From assembly GCA_963605415.1 (NCBI GenBank), contig CAVCUL010000002.1:169231-233230 (forward strand): DNA of 64,000 nt, in the 5' to 3' direction. The stretch is from a bacterium. Lineage in GTDB: Bacteria; Bacillota; Clostridia; Oscillospirales; Acutalibacteraceae. Below are positions 43,051-59,608 of this stretch, in pieces (the stretch's first letter is position 1; the number at the start of each line of letters is the position of its first letter). The notes under the pieces were generated by a model. That model saw only the letters and a program-made list of their open reading frames with translations, was not told the DNA's origin and did no database searches. A program made the position numbers and the translations under genes.

Positions 43051-44671
43051 AAGAGACCCTCCCACTGCCTGGATGGAACTGTATGCCGCTGACACCTTTA
43101 GCCATCACATAGTAGGCAGATTCATAGAATACCGGCAGTACGGCACCGGTTTGGATCAGTGCCTGCTCACAGTCCCGGCAGGCGGCGGTGGCCGTACCGG
43201 CCGTGGCGTTTTTGGCCACCGTCAATGCGCGATTGATTTTATTACTTTGCAGGTTCATATAGTTGGTGGAGATCAGATCGGACAGAAAGGTCACCGGACT
43301 TTGACTGGCAGCCTCTATGGGATAGAGGGCAATGTCATAGGTGCCGGCGGCCATTTGGGTTTCCATCTCCGCTTTGGTCATGGTTTCGATTTTCAGTGAA
43401 AAGGCAATGCTGTCGCCGTTACCGTAGGTGGTGACAGAACCCAGACTGCTTTGTACGCCCTGTACCAGTGCCTTGGCGTAGGCATCCATTTCCTCAGTGG
43501 TAATGACCGTCAGTGCTACGGTGGTCAGTCCGGTTTCCGACAGCCCCTCTTTCCACAGGGTTTGGGCGCGGTCCGCATCTCGCGCAGGCACCAGACTGCT
43601 TTTTGCGGTGGTAACGGTGTCTCCGTCCACCGTAGTGCTGGGCGGGGTAATGCCGGTGGCCGCCTGCAGGTACTTGCTGTTTTTGGTATCCGGCGCGGAC
43701 AGGCTCAGACAAATGGCCCGGCGCATTTTTTCACTGGATAGGCTGCCTTGATTGGTATTAAGTAAAAATGCCCAAGTGGTGTTGGCATAGGGCGTGGCGT
43801 TCAGATCGTCCTGCTTTTTCAGGGCACCGTACTCGCTGCCGGTGAGAAAAGCGGCGTCATAATAGCCACTTTCCAGTTTGTCCGGCACCTTGCTGTTTTC
43901 GTCCTTGATATTTAAGGTAATGTTATCCACTTTGGTGGGATTGACACCTTTGTAGTCCTGATTTTTGTCCAATGTATAGGAAGTATCCAGCTGTGTTTCC
44001 ACATAGAATTGGCCGTTAAAGAGGGAATATTCTGTGCCCAGCCCATATCGTCCCTTGGTGGCGGTAAAGAATTCCTTGTTGCAGGGCATGGCTGCCGCAC
44101 TGGACAAGGCAGTAAAGAATTCTGCGTCCGGGGTGCGCAGAGTGATCACCAGTGTGTAATCATCAGTGGCTTTCACTTGCAGAGCAGAGGCGCTTTTTTG
44201 CTTATTATACACCTGCTGGGCACCGGCAATGCCGGACAGGGAAGGGTACAGGGGACAGGCGGTTTGCGGCGACACGGCGCGCTGGAGGGCAAAGACAAAG
44301 TCGTGGGCAGTAATGTCCGGGTTCCAGTTCTTGCCCATGCGCTCTGTTACTGCGTCTGTCAGGTGCCATTTCAGTCCCTGGCGCAGGTGAAAGGTGTAGG
44401 TCTTTTGGTCGGTGCTTACCGTCCAGTCTGCAGCCACAGCGGGCTTCACTGTGCCGTCGTCCTCCACACGCACCAGTCCCTCGTAGCAGTTTTCCGCGAT
44501 CAGATACTCGTCCTGGGTGGCGGCGACCTGGGGATCAAAGCTGGTGATGTCACCGGTGATGGGGTAGATAATATCCAGCTGCTTGTCTCGACTGTTGCAG
44601 CCGGTAAATACGGCGCACAGCAAAGCAGCACACAGCAGCAGTGAGAAGATACGCTTACAGTTTTGTTTCAT
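43028..44671 (-). CDS. ABC transporter substrate-binding lipoprotein, family 5 (peptide/nickel/oligosaccharide type)
   Basis: ORF 43028..44731(-) trimmed to ATG 44671. Lipobox AVFTGC. ...DPQVAATQDEYLIAENCYEGLVRVEDDGTVKPAVAADW is typical of SBP_bac_5. No permease or ATPase genes are adjacent. Confidence 0.8.
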   Translation of the reverse strand: MKQNCKRIFSLLLCAALLCAVFTGCNSRDKQLDIIYPITGDITSFDPQVAATQDEYLIAENCYEGLVRVEDDGTVKPAVAADWTVSTDQKTYTFHLRQGLKWHLTDAVTERMGKNWNPDITAHDFVFALQRAVSPQTACPLYPSLSGIAGAQQVYNKQKSASALQVKATDDYTLVITLRTPDAEFFTALSSAAAMPCNKEFFTATKGRYGLGTEYSLFNGQFYVETQLDTSYTLDKNQDYKGVNPTKVDNITLNIKDENSKVPDKLESGYYDAAFLTGSEYGALKKQDDLNATPYANTTWAFLLNTNQGSLSSEKMRRAICLSLSAPDTKNSKYLQAATGITPPSTTVDGDTVTTAKSSLVPARDADRAQTLWKEGLSETGLTTVALTVITTEEMDAYAKALVQGVQSSLGSVTTYGNGDSIAFSLKIETMTKAEMETQMAAGTYDIALYPIEAASQSPVTFLSDLISTNYMNLQSNKINRALTVAKNATAGTATAACRDCEQALIQTGAVLPVFYESAYYVMAKGVSGIQFHPGSGRVSFVEAVRE

Positions 44672-44856
44672 GGTTCGCTCCAGTCGGTTTTCTTGCCGTC
44701 TATTATACCATAAGGGGAGAGAAGAAATCAATTTTTAGGGCTCCGATTTGTAGAAATTTTTGAAAAATTCTTGTGCATAATGCCGAAAAACAAGAAGCAC
44801 GAGGCGGCGTGTATCAAAAAGTTTTTTCATTTGTTGGATTTATATAAAAATAATTG

Positions 44857-44885
44857 TTGACTTTCCGGGTTTGTTCGTCTATATT
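44857..44885 (+). promoter_or_regulatory. candidate rpoB promoter
   Basis: TTGACT (44857-44862), 17 nt, TATATT (44880-44885). The leader to ATG 45029 is about 140 nt. Confidence 0.55.
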
Positions 44886-45028
44886 ATATGCACGATTAAA
44901 ATGGAAATTTATGCGCACGCGTATGTAGTGTCCTTTGGCCGACAAAGCGAAATCTTTGGTCTGCGACAGCGGCACAGTGCTGAATTTCGACTTTTTTCAG
45001 AGCAAAAAAAGATTGGAGTGACCCCTTT

Positions 45029-48000
45029 ATGTTGAACGTGAAAGACGTGCAGCTGGGTACCACAACACGAAAGAGTTTTGCGAAGATCAATGAGGTAATG
45101 CAAATGCCTAACCTCATTGAAGTGCAGAAGAAATCGTACCAGTGGTTCCTGGACGAAGGTTTGGAAGAGGTGTTCCGCGACATTGGTTCCATCACGGATT
45201 ATACAGGCAATCTGGTGCTGGACTTTATCGACTACACCATGGACGAGGACCCCAAGTACACCATTGCCCAGTGTAAGGCGAGAGATGTGACTTATGCCAA
45301 ACCCCTCAAGGTCCGCGCCCGCTTGCAGAACAAAGAGACCGGCGAGGTGAAGGAGAACATCATCTTCATGGGTGACTTTCCGCTGATGACGGACGCCGGC
45401 ACCTTTGTGATCAACGGTGCGGAGCGCTGCATTGTGTCTCAGCTGGTGCGTTCCCCCGGTGTGTATTACCATATGGACCATGACAAGACCGGTAAGGAGC
45501 TGTACACCAACACCGTGATCCCCAACCGGGGCGCATGGCTGGAGTATGAGACCGACGCCAACGACCTGTTCTATGTGCGCATTGATAAAAACCGTAAGAT
45601 CTTTATCACCACTTTCCTGCGTGCGCTGGGTCTGGGTCTGGATCATGAGATCATTGACTATTTCGGCGAGGACGAACGCCTGGTGGCCACCATTGAGAAG
45701 GACACCACCAAGAACCAGGAGGAGGCGCTCCTGGAGGTGTACAAGCGTTTGCGTCCCGGCGAGCCGCCTACTTTGGAGACGGCACAGGCCCACTTGGACG
45801 GCCTGTTCTTTGACCCGCACCGGTACGATCTGTCCCGGGTGGGTCGCTACAAGTACAACAAGAAGCTGGGTATGGCTGACCGCCTGAACGGCCAGATCCT
45901 GGCAGAACCGGTGATTTCTCCCCAGGGCGAGTTCCTGGCAGACGCCGGAGAGAAGATCGACAAGATCAAGGCCATGGAGATCGAGGATGCAGGTGTTATG
46001 TTTGCATTCGTCGATGTGGACGGCAACAAGGTAAAAGTCGTGTCCAACGGCATGGTGGATATTAAGAAATATGTGGACTTTGACTGCACCCCCCTGGGTA
46101 TCCGCGAGAAGGTCAGCTATGCTGTCCTGGCAGAGATCCTGGAGAAGTGCGGCGATGATGAAGAGGCACTGAAAGAGGAGATCCGCATTAAGCAGGACGA
46201 CCTGGTGCCCAAGCACATTACCACAGACGATATTTTTGCTACCGTGTCTTACCTCTGCAACCTGGCTTGCGGCGTAGGCACCACGGACGACATTGACCAC
46301 CTGGGCAACCGTCGTATCCGTGCGGTAGGCGAGCTGCTGCAAAACCAGTTCCGTATCGGCTTTACCCGTATGGAGCGTGTTATTCGTGAGCGTATGACCC
46401 TGCAGGCGCAGGACGATGAGGACGCCATTACTCCCCAGGCGCTGATCAACATTCGCCCGGTGGTGGCTGCCATTCGTGAGTTCTTCGGCTCCTCTCCGCT
46501 GTCCCAGTTTATGGACCAGAATAACCCCCTGGCTGAGCTGACCCATAAGCGCCGTCTGTCCGCACTGGGCCCCGGCGGTTTGTCCCGTGACCGTGCCGGG
46601 TTTGAGGTGCGAGATGTACACTACACCCATTACGGCAGAATGTGTCCCATTGAGACCCCCGAGGGTCCCAACATCGGCCTGATCTCTTACCTGGCTTGCT
46701 ACAGCCGCCTGAACGAGTACGGCTTCATTGAGGCACCGTACCGTAAGGTAGATAAAGAGACCGGTGTGGTCACCGACGAGGTGGTCTATATGACCGCCGA
46801 TGTGGAGGATGAATTCGTTGTGGCCCAGGCCAATGAGCCCCTGGACGAGGAAGGCCACTTCACCAACCGCCGCGTGACCTGTCGTCACCGGGATGAGTTC
46901 CTGACTTTGCCACCGGAGCGGGTGGACTACATGGATGTATCCCCCAAGATGGTTGTGTCCGTAGCTACCGCTATGATTCCGTTCCTGGAGAACGACGACG
47001 CCAACCGTGCACTGATGGGCGCCAACATGCAGCGCCAGGCTGTGCCGCTGCTGAAGACCGAGGCCCCGGTTGTGGGTACCGGTATGGAGTACAAGGCAGC
47101 TTACGACTCCGGCGTGGTGGTGATCGCCAAGCGTGGCGGCACCGTATGCGCCGTAGACGCCCGTACCATTGATATTAAGACTGCTTCCGGCGAGATCGAT
47201 CATTATGAGCTGGTGAAGTTCAGCGGCTCCAACCAGGGCACCTGCATTAACCAGCGGCCCATCGTCTCCCTGCACCAGCAGGTAGAGGACGGCCAGGTGA
47301 TCGCCGACGGTCCTGCCACCTGCAACGGTGAGGTCTCCCTGGGTAAGAACGCCCTGATCGGCTTTATGACCTGGGAGGGCTACAACTACGAGGACGCCGT
47401 ACTGATCAACGAGAAGATTGTGCGGGACGATGTTTATACTTCCATTCATATTGAGGAGCATGAGGTAGAGTCCAGAGACACCAAGCTGGGCCCGGAGGAG
47501 ATCACCCGCGACATTCCCAATGTGGGTGAGGATGCGCTGAAAGACCTGGACCAGGACGGCATTATCCGCATTGGTGCCGAGGTTCACAGCGGTGATATTC
47601 TGGTGGGTAAAGTGACCCCCAAGGGTGAGACGGAGCTGACCGCAGAGGAGCGGCTGCTGCGTGCCATCTTCGGCGAGAAGGCCCGCGAGGTGCGTGACAC
47701 CTCCATGCGTGTGCCCCACGGCGAGTACGGTATTGTGGTGGATGTTAAGGTATTCACCCGCGCCAACAGCGACGAGATGAGCCCCGGCGTGAACAAAGTG
47801 GTTCGTGTTTACATTGCCCAAAAGCGTAAGATCCAGGCCGGTGATAAGATGGCCGGTCGTCACGGTAACAAGGGCGTTGTGTCCCGGGTACTGCCCCAGG
47901 AGGATATGCCGTTCCTGCCGGACGGTCGCCCGCTGGATATTGTACTGAACCCCCTGGGCGTACCTTCCCGTATGAACATCGGGCAGGTGCTGGAGGTGCA

Positions 48001-48748
48001 TCTGGGTTATGCCGCTATGGCACTGGGCTGGAAGATGATGACCCCCGTATTTGACGGCGCCCATGAGGACGACATTCGCGAGTGCCTGAAGCTGGCCGGT
48101 CTGCGTGAGGACGGTAAGACCACGCTGACTGACGGCCGTACAGGCGAAAAGTTTGATAACCCGGTGACCGTGGGCTATATGTATTACCTGAAGCTCCATC
48201 ACCTGGTAGATGATAAGATCCACGCCCGTTCCACCGGCCCTTACAGCCTGGTTACCCAGCAGCCCCTGGGTGGTAAAGCCCAGTTCGGCGGCCAGCGTTT
48301 CGGTGAGATGGAGGTTTGGGCACTGGAGGCATACGGCGCTGCTTACACCCTGCAAGAGATCATGACGGTGAAGTCCGATGATGTTGTGGGCCGTGTGAAG
48401 GCTTATGAGGCCATTGTCAAGGGCGAGAACATCCCCAAGGCAGGCACGCCGGAATCCTTCAAGGTTCTGTTTAAGGAGTTGCAGGCACTGGGTCTGGATA
48501 CCCGTGTGTATGACGCCAACGGCGAGGAAGTAGAGCTCAAGCAGGATCTGGACGATGGCACCGGTATTCAGCCTATTGATGACAAGGCGTTCACCACCGT
48601 CAATGACTTTGACGAGGGCAGCGAGGGCTTTGGCATTGAGAATGCAGAAGAAGCCGGCGAGGAAGCAGGCGCAGACGCAGCGGATTCGTTTGCAGATTTG
48701 TTTGCAAACGCCCTGGACGATGATTCGGACGACGGGGCCGACGCGTAA
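45029..48748 (+). CDS. rpoB: DNA-directed RNA polymerase subunit beta
   Basis: 1239-aa ORF. ...[15 protein letters not shown]..., [15 protein letters not shown], and an acidic C-terminal tail. Confidence 0.98.
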   Translation: MLNVKDVQLGTTTRKSFAKINEVMQMPNLIEVQKKSYQWFLDEGLEEVFRDIGSITDYTGNLVLDFIDYTMDEDPKYTIAQCKARDVTYAKPLKVRARLQNKETGEVKENIIFMGDFPLMTDAGTFVINGAERCIVSQLVRSPGVYYHMDHDKTGKELYTNTVIPNRGAWLEYETDANDLFYVRIDKNRKIFITTFLRALGLGLDHEIIDYFGEDERLVATIEKDTTKNQEEALLEVYKRLRPGEPPTLETAQAHLDGLFFDPHRYDLSRVGRYKYNKKLGMADRLNGQILAEPVISPQGEFLADAGEKIDKIKAMEIEDAGVMFAFVDVDGNKVKVVSNGMVDIKKYVDFDCTPLGIREKVSYAVLAEILEKCGDDEEALKEEIRIKQDDLVPKHITTDDIFATVSYLCNLACGVGTTDDIDHLGNRRIRAVGELLQNQFRIGFTRMERVIRERMTLQAQDDEDAITPQALINIRPVVAAIREFFGSSPLSQFMDQNNPLAELTHKRRLSALGPGGLSRDRAGFEVRDVHYTHYGRMCPIETPEGPNIGLISYLACYSRLNEYGFIEAPYRKVDKETGVVTDEVVYMTADVEDEFVVAQANEPLDEEGHFTNRRVTCRHRDEFLTLPPERVDYMDVSPKMVVSVATAMIPFLENDDANRALMGANMQRQAVPLLKTEAPVVGTGMEYKAAYDSGVVVIAKRGGTVCAVDARTIDIKTASGEIDHYELVKFSGSNQGTCINQRPIVSLHQQVEDGQVIADGPATCNGEVSLGKNALIGFMTWEGYNYEDAVLINEKIVRDDVYTSIHIEEHEVESRDTKLGPEEITRDIPNVGEDALKDLDQDGIIRIGAEVHSGDILVGKVTPKGETELTAEERLLRAIFGEKAREVRDTSMRVPHGEYGIVVDVKVFTRANSDEMSPGVNKVVRVYIAQKRKIQAGDKMAGRHGNKGVVSRVLPQEDMPFLPDGRPLDIVLNPLGVPSRMNIGQVLEVHLGYAAMALGWKMMTPVFDGAHEDDIRECLKLAGLREDGKTTLTDGRTGEKFDNPVTVGYMYYLKLHHLVDDKIHARSTGPYSLVTQQPLGGKAQFGGQRFGEMEVWALEAYGAAYTLQEIMTVKSDDVVGRVKAYEAIVKGENIPKAGTPESFKVLFKELQALGLDTRVYDANGEEVELKQDLDDGTGIQPIDDKAFTTVNDFDEGSEGFGIENAEEAGEEAGADAADSFADLFANALDDDSDDGADA

Positions 48749-48789
48749 ACGCCATTCCGACACTACATTATATATAAAGGAGTGCTTCC

Positions 48790-52440
<3,651 letters not shown>

Positions 52441-52523
52441 TATAATGCTAACTTGTCGGTGTGCGATTTGCGCTAAATTGGCCCAAATTCCATCGAACTT
52501 TAGCCAAAAATTGACCATTTACC

Positions 52524-52549
52524 GGGGCAGAACCGCAAAGTTCTGCCCC
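52524..52549 (+). terminator. GC-rich hairpin downstream of rpoC (possible partial terminator/attenuator)
   Basis: GGGGCAGAAC CGCAAA GTTCTGCCCC. The T-run (GCGTTTTT) starts only about 7 nt after the stem, so this is not a canonical terminator. Confidence 0.35.
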
Positions 52550-52646
52550 CGTAGGTGCGTTTTTGGGCAGAAAATGCAAATTTGTTTTGCCAAATTTGGG
52601 TTTTGTGCGCAAAAGCGTACAAAATAATTTGAAAGGAGATAAACGA

Positions 52647-53069
52647 TTGCCTACCTTTAACCAACTTGTAAGAACAGGTCGTAAGACGCTGGAGAAAAAG
52701 TCCAAAACACCGGCTCTGCTGAAGGGGCTGAACACCAAGAAGAATGTTATGACCGATAACAATTCTCCCCAGAAGCGCGGCGTTTGCACCGCAGTCAAGA
52801 CTGCAACTCCGAAAAAGCCGAACTCTGCACTGCGTAAGATCGCCAGAGTGCGTCTGTCTAACGGCATTGAAGTGTCCGCTTACATTCCCGGCGTAGGTCA
52901 CAACCTGCAGGAGCACTCTGTAGTTATGATCCGCGGCGGCCGTGTAAAGGACCTTCCCGGTGTGCGTTACCACATCATTCGCGGTACTCTTGATACCCAG
53001 GGCGTGAACGGCAGAATGCAGGGCCGCTCTAAGTACGGCGCCAAGAGACCGAAGGCTGCTAAGAAATAA
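52647..53069 (+). CDS. rpsL: 30S ribosomal protein S12
   Basis: ORF 52563..53069(+) trimmed to TTG 52647, 8 nt after GAAAGGAGA. (M)[12 protein letters not shown]...[10 protein letters not shown]...; 140 aa. Confidence 0.95.
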   Translation: MPTFNQLVRTGRKTLEKKSKTPALLKGLNTKKNVMTDNNSPQKRGVCTAVKTATPKKPNSALRKIARVRLSNGIEVSAYIPGVGHNLQEHSVVMIRGGRVKDLPGVRYHIIRGTLDTQGVNGRMQGRSKYGAKRPKAAKK

Positions 53070-53254
53070 GAGCAGCGCCGATCCGTTAAGGATCCACCAA
53101 GCTCAGTATCCCTGAGTTTGATCTTCTTGTTTGGAAATCCGGCAAAAGTTTATATACTTTATATTGCTATACAGTGTATGACCTTTTTGTTGGCTCCACG
53201 GGAAAACTCGAGTACCTATGAACTCATCAATGATAATGAAGGAGGGAAGCGAAG

Positions 53255-53725
53255 ATGCCAAGAAGAGGCCAGATCGCTAAGCGTGACGTTCTGCCTGATC
53301 CGCTGTACAACTCTAAGCTTGTTACACGCCTGATCAACAACGTTATGTACGATGGTAAAAAGGGTGTCGCACAGAAGATCGTGTACGACGCTTTCGACAT
53401 CATCAAAGAAAAGACGGGTAATGATCCCCTGGAAACTTTTGAAGCTGCCATGGAGAATGTTATGCCCGTACTGGAGGTTAAGGCTCGCCGTGTCGGCGGT
53501 GCTACCTACCAGGTACCGCTTGAGGTTCGTCCGGAACGGCGCCAGACCCTGGGTCTGCGCTGGATCACTCTCTATGCGCGTCAGCGTTCTGAGAGAACCA
53601 TGAAGGAGCGCCTGGCAGCCGAGATTATGGATGCTACCAATAAGACCGGCGGCGCTGCCAAGAAGTGCGACGATACCCATAAGATGGCTGAGGCAAACAA
53701 GGCGTTTGCTCATTTCAGATATTAA
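53255..53725 (+). CDS. rpsG: 30S ribosomal protein S7
   Basis: 156-aa ORF with [35 protein letters not shown].... Confidence 0.98.
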   Translation: MPRRGQIAKRDVLPDPLYNSKLVTRLINNVMYDGKKGVAQKIVYDAFDIIKEKTGNDPLETFEAAMENVMPVLEVKARRVGGATYQVPLEVRPERRQTLGLRWITLYARQRSERTMKERLAAEIMDATNKTGGAAKKCDDTHKMAEANKAFAHFRY

Positions 53726-53751
53726 GCCATTCAGTTTGTTAGGAGGATATT

Positions 53752-55848
<2,097 letters not shown>

Positions 55849-55948
55849 TAATTTTATAAATCAATAAAAAATGCTTGCTATTTTTATCTGATTTTGATAG
55901 AATAGCAATGACAATTGACTATTGTAAATTCTTAAGGAGGAAATTCCA

Positions 55949-57142
55949 ATGGCAAAAGAACATTTTAACAGAACCAAACCCCATGTTAACATTGGTACGA
56001 TCGGCCACGTTGACCATGGTAAGACCACTCTGACCGCAGCGATCACCAAGTACCTTGCAAACAAGGGCTATGCAAAGTTCGAGGACTATGCAGATATCGA
56101 TAAGGCTCCGGAAGAGAGAGAGCGTGGTATCACAATCAACACCGCGCACGTTGAGTATGAGACCGACAAGCGCCACTATGCACACGTGGACTGCCCCGGC
56201 CATGCTGACTACATTAAGAACATGATCACCGGTGCTGCGCAGATGGACGGCGCTATCCTGGTTATCGCTTCCACCGACGGCCCCATGGCTCAGACCAAGG
56301 AGCACCTGCTGCTGGCTCGTCAGGTAGGCGTGCCCGCAATCATCGTGTTCATGAACAAGACTGACCAAGTAGACGATCCTGAGCTGCTTGAGCTGGTTGA
56401 GATGGAGATCCGTGAGACCCTGGCCGAGTATGGCTTTGATGAGGACTGCCCCATCATCAAGGGTTCTGCACTGAAGGCTCTGGAAGCAGAGTCCAATGAT
56501 GATCCGGCTTGCGCTTGCATTCAGGAACTGATGGACGCTGTTGATGATTATATCCCCACTCCGGACCGTAAGGCTGACCTGCCTTTCCTGATGCCCGTAG
56601 AGGATGTATTCACCATCACCGGTCGTGGTACCGTTGCTACCGGCCGTGTGGAGAGAGGCCAGCTGAAGACCGGCGAGGAAGTTGAGATCGTTGGTCTGAA
56701 GGACGAGAGCTCCAAGACCGTTTGCACCGGTATTGAGATGTTCCGTAAGATTCTGGACTATGCTGAGGCCGGCGACAACATCGGCTGCCTGCTGCGTGGT
56801 GTTCAGAGATCCGACATCGAGCGCGGCCAGGTTCTGGCTAAGCCCGGTTCCATTCATCCCCACACCGAGTTCACCGGTCAGGTTTATGTACTGACCAAGG
56901 AAGAGGGCGGTCGTCATACTCCCTTCTTCAACAACTATCGTCCTCAGTTCTATTTCAGAACTACCGATGTTACCGGCGTGATCACTCTGCCCGAGGGTAC
57001 TGAGATGTGCATGCCTGGCGATAACGTAAACATGGATGTTAAGCTGATCACCCCCATTGCTATTGAAGAGGGTCTGCGCTTCGCTATCCGTGAGGGCGGC
57101 CGTACCGTTGGTTCCGGCGTTGTTACCGCAATCAAGGAGTAA
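55949..57142 (+). CDS. tuf: translation elongation factor Tu
   Basis: 397-aa [20 protein letters not shown] and NKTD motifs. Confidence 0.98.
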   Translation: MAKEHFNRTKPHVNIGTIGHVDHGKTTLTAAITKYLANKGYAKFEDYADIDKAPEERERGITINTAHVEYETDKRHYAHVDCPGHADYIKNMITGAAQMDGAILVIASTDGPMAQTKEHLLLARQVGVPAIIVFMNKTDQVDDPELLELVEMEIRETLAEYGFDEDCPIIKGSALKALEAESNDDPACACIQELMDAVDDYIPTPDRKADLPFLMPVEDVFTITGRGTVATGRVERGQLKTGEEVEIVGLKDESSKTVCTGIEMFRKILDYAEAGDNIGCLLRGVQRSDIERGQVLAKPGSIHPHTEFTGQVYVLTKEEGGRHTPFFNNYRPQFYFRTTDVTGVITLPEGTEMCMPGDNVNMDVKLITPIAIEEGLRFAIREGGRTVGSGVVTAIKE

Positions 57143-57164
57143 TTTTAGAATTACAAATTTTATA

Positions 57165-57196
57165 AAAGAGCAAGCTTTCGGGCTTGCTCTTTTTTC
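57165..57196 (+). terminator. intrinsic terminator after tuf
   Basis: AGAGCAAGC TTTCGG GCTTGCTCT followed by TTTTT. Confidence 0.9.
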
Positions 57197-57337
57197 TGTG
57201 CAAATTTTGGGAAAATGCAGATGGCCACAAGTGAAAAAATGCGGAGGTGGTTTGCTACCTTTCGCCTTGATCGGAGACTGGGATGGTGAACAAAGGGGGA
57301 ATACTGCCCATTTATGATAAGTCTTTTTAAGAATCTC

Positions 57338-57366
57338 TTGACATTCTCTTTCTGGTTGAATATAAT
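57338..57366 (+). promoter_or_regulatory. consensus sigma-70 promoter of the metal-efflux operon
   Basis: TTGACA (57338-57343), 17 nt, TATAAT (57361-57366). Confidence 0.7.
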
Positions 57367-57372
57367 GACATA

Positions 57373-57402
57373 TGAACAGATGAGAATATGAAATTCTGTT
57401 CA
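57373..57402 (+). promoter_or_regulatory. palindromic operator candidate immediately downstream of the -10
   Basis: TGAACAGA (57373-57380), 14 nt, TCTGTTCA (57395-57402). ATATGAA occurs twice within the element. Confidence 0.5.
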
Positions 57403-57435
57403 GAACAATGAAACAAACTTTTTTGTATAAGGAGA

Positions 57436-57660
57436 ATGGCTATGAAAAAGACTTACAAAGTAGATGTGGACTGCGCCAACTGTGCCGCCAAGATGGAAGA
57501 CGCTGTTAAGAAAACGCCTGGCGTTCAGGATGCTGCCCTGAGTTTTATGACCTTAAAGCTGAAAGTGGAATTTGAAGAAGGTGCAGATGTGGACGCAGTG
57601 ATGGCTGCCGCCCGGAAGAACTGCAAGCGGGTAGAGAGCGACTGCGAGATCTTTCTGTAA
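57436..57660 (+). CDS. heavy-metal-associated (HMA) domain protein / metallochaperone-like
   Basis: 74-aa ORF with AAGGAGAATGGCT RBS. YKVDVDCANCAAKMEDAVKK has a CxxC metal site in the ferredoxin-like HMA fold position. Confidence 0.8.
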   Translation: MAMKKTYKVDVDCANCAAKMEDAVKKTPGVQDAALSFMTLKLKVEFEEGADVDAVMAAARKNCKRVESDCEIFL

Positions 57661-57683
57661 ACCTGGGCTTAGGAGGGACAGGT

Positions 57684-59561
57684 ATGAATAAGAAGCAAAA
57701 GAAAGTGCTGGCGCGCATTATCGCTGCGCTGGTGCTGCTGGCAGGGGTGATCCTGCTGGATAAGCTGGCCTCGCTGCCGCAGTGGGCCATGATCGTTCTG
57801 TATTTGGTGCCGTACTTTGTGATCGGCTACGATATTCTCTGGAAAGCGCTCAAGGGGATCAAAAATCGCCAGGTTTTTGATGAGAATTTCTTAATGGCAG
57901 TAGCCACCGTGGGCGCTCTTTGCTTGCAAGACTTCAAAGAGGGCGTGGCCGTTATGCTGTTTTACCAGATCGGCGAGCTGTTCCAGAGCGTGGCGGTAGG
58001 CAAGAGCCGCAAGAACATTGCCGCCCTGATGGATATTCGCCCGGACTACGCTAATGTGATGGTAGACGGCAAGCTGGAACAGGTGGATCCGGACGATGTG
58101 GGAGTAGGTACAGAGATTGTGGTAGATCCGGGGGAAAAGGTGCCTATTGACGGTGTGATCGTAGAGGGTAGCACTACTTTGAACACAGGTACACTTACCG
58201 GCGAAAGCGTGCCTCGGGACGCCAAGACAGGCGATGATGTGATCAGTGGCTGTATCAATATGAGCGGGCGTATTGTGGTGCGCACTACAAAGGAATTCGG
58301 CGAGTCCACCGTGTCTAAAATTTTGGATCTGGTGGAGAATTCCGCTATGAAAAAGTCCAAGTCCGAGAACTTTATCACCAAGTTTGCTCGGTACTACACC
58401 CCCGCTGTGTGTTACAGTGCTCTGGCGCTGGCGGTGCTGCCGCCGGTGATCCGCCTGTTGGCCGGTTACCCGGCGATGTGGGCGGACTGGATCACAAGAG
58501 CGCTGACTTTCTTGGTTATTAGCTGCCCCTGCGCGCTGGTGATCTCCATTCCGCTAAGCTTCTTCGGTGGGATCGGCTGCGCTTCTAAAAACGGCATTTT
58601 GGTGAAAGGCTCCAACTACCTGGAAGCCCTGGCAGATACCAAGTATATTGTGTGCGACAAAACCGGCACTTTGACAGAGGGTGTGTTCCGGGTGACCGGT
58701 GTGTACCCGGAGCCTGGGGTGGATAAAGAGGTACTGCTGGGTCTGGCGGCCTATGCAGAGAGCGGCTCTCACCACCCCATTAGCCAAAGCCTGAAAGACG
58801 CCTACGGTCAGCCCTTGCAAGGGGAGCGGGTCAGCGATATTCAGGAGATCGCCGGTCACGGCGTGCAGGCGCTGGTGGACGGTCACCCGGTGGCTGCCGG
58901 TAACGCCAAGCTGATGAAAAAGATTGGCGCCGCCCTGCCCGGTGAGCATACCGACGGCACCGCCGTGTATGTGGCGGCAGACGGCAAGTATATCGGCTGC
59001 ATTGTGATCTCCGATGTGGTGAAACCCACTGCCAAGGCGGCAATGGCTGCGCTCAAGGAGAACGGCGTAAAAATGACCGTTATGCTCACCGGCGACGCCA
59101 AGGCTGCGGCGGATCGGGTGGCTGCGGAGATCGGTATGGATCGGGTAGAGAGCGAGCTGCTGCCCGGCGACAAGGTGGAGCAGGTGGAAAAGCTGCTGGC
59201 AGAGAAAGGCTCCAAGGAGAACCTGGCCTTTGTGGGCGACGGCATCAACGACGCGCCGGTGCTTTCTCGAGCCGATGTGGGGATCGCTATGGGCGCCCTG
59301 GGATCGGACGCTGCCATTGAGGCGGCGGATGTGGTGCTGATGGATGACGACCCGTCCAAGATCGCACTGGCTATGAAGATCTCGCGCCATACCTTGCAGA
59401 TTGTGCGGCAAAACATTGTGTTCGCCCTGGCGGTAAAGGCCATTTGCCTGGTGTTGGGCGCTTTGGGCATTGCCGGTATGTGGTTGGCGATCTTTGCCGA
59501 TGTGGGCGTGATGGTACTGGCGGTGCTTAATGCCACCCGTGCACTGAAAATCAGATTGTAA
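57684..59561 (+). CDS. heavy-metal translocating P1B-type ATPase (Cd/Zn/Co-type, CPC motif), no fused N-terminal HMA domain
   Basis: 625-aa ORF. TGES, SCPCAL, DKTGTLT, SHHP and GDGINDAP motifs. Confidence 0.9.
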   Translation: MNKKQKKVLARIIAALVLLAGVILLDKLASLPQWAMIVLYLVPYFVIGYDILWKALKGIKNRQVFDENFLMAVATVGALCLQDFKEGVAVMLFYQIGELFQSVAVGKSRKNIAALMDIRPDYANVMVDGKLEQVDPDDVGVGTEIVVDPGEKVPIDGVIVEGSTTLNTGTLTGESVPRDAKTGDDVISGCINMSGRIVVRTTKEFGESTVSKILDLVENSAMKKSKSENFITKFARYYTPAVCYSALALAVLPPVIRLLAGYPAMWADWITRALTFLVISCPCALVISIPLSFFGGIGCASKNGILVKGSNYLEALADTKYIVCDKTGTLTEGVFRVTGVYPEPGVDKEVLLGLAAYAESGSHHPISQSLKDAYGQPLQGERVSDIQEIAGHGVQALVDGHPVAAGNAKLMKKIGAALPGEHTDGTAVYVAADGKYIGCIVISDVVKPTAKAAMAALKENGVKMTVMLTGDAKAAADRVAAEIGMDRVESELLPGDKVEQVEKLLAEKGSKENLAFVGDGINDAPVLSRADVGIAMGALGSDAAIEAADVVLMDDDPSKIALAMKISRHTLQIVRQNIVFALAVKAICLVLGALGIAGMWLAIFADVGVMVLAVLNATRALKIRL

Positions 59562-59600
59562 AAAAAGCGACTGCAGGTTCATGACTCGCAGTCGCTTTTT
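59561..59600. terminator. bidirectional intrinsic terminator (ATPase + / MATE -)
   Basis: AAAAAA GCGACTGC ...13 nt... GCAGTCGC TTTTT. Confidence 0.9.
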
Positions 59601-59608
59601 AACGGTAG

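Noticed and set aside
52524-52555. The hairpin after rpoC, followed by CGTAGG, as another REP-like unit.
   Set aside because: In the 22.7-23.0 kb units GTAG is at the 5' foot of the stem (CTAC at the 3' foot in reverse orientation). Here GTAG is 3' of the stem on the same strand, so the architecture does not match.
53118-53333. 71-aa ORF in the rpsL-rpsG spacer, running into rpsG.
   Set aside because: It has a TTG start without an RBS, overlaps the rpsG start and RBS in another frame, and its composition is unlike local genes. It is most likely non-coding leader sequence.
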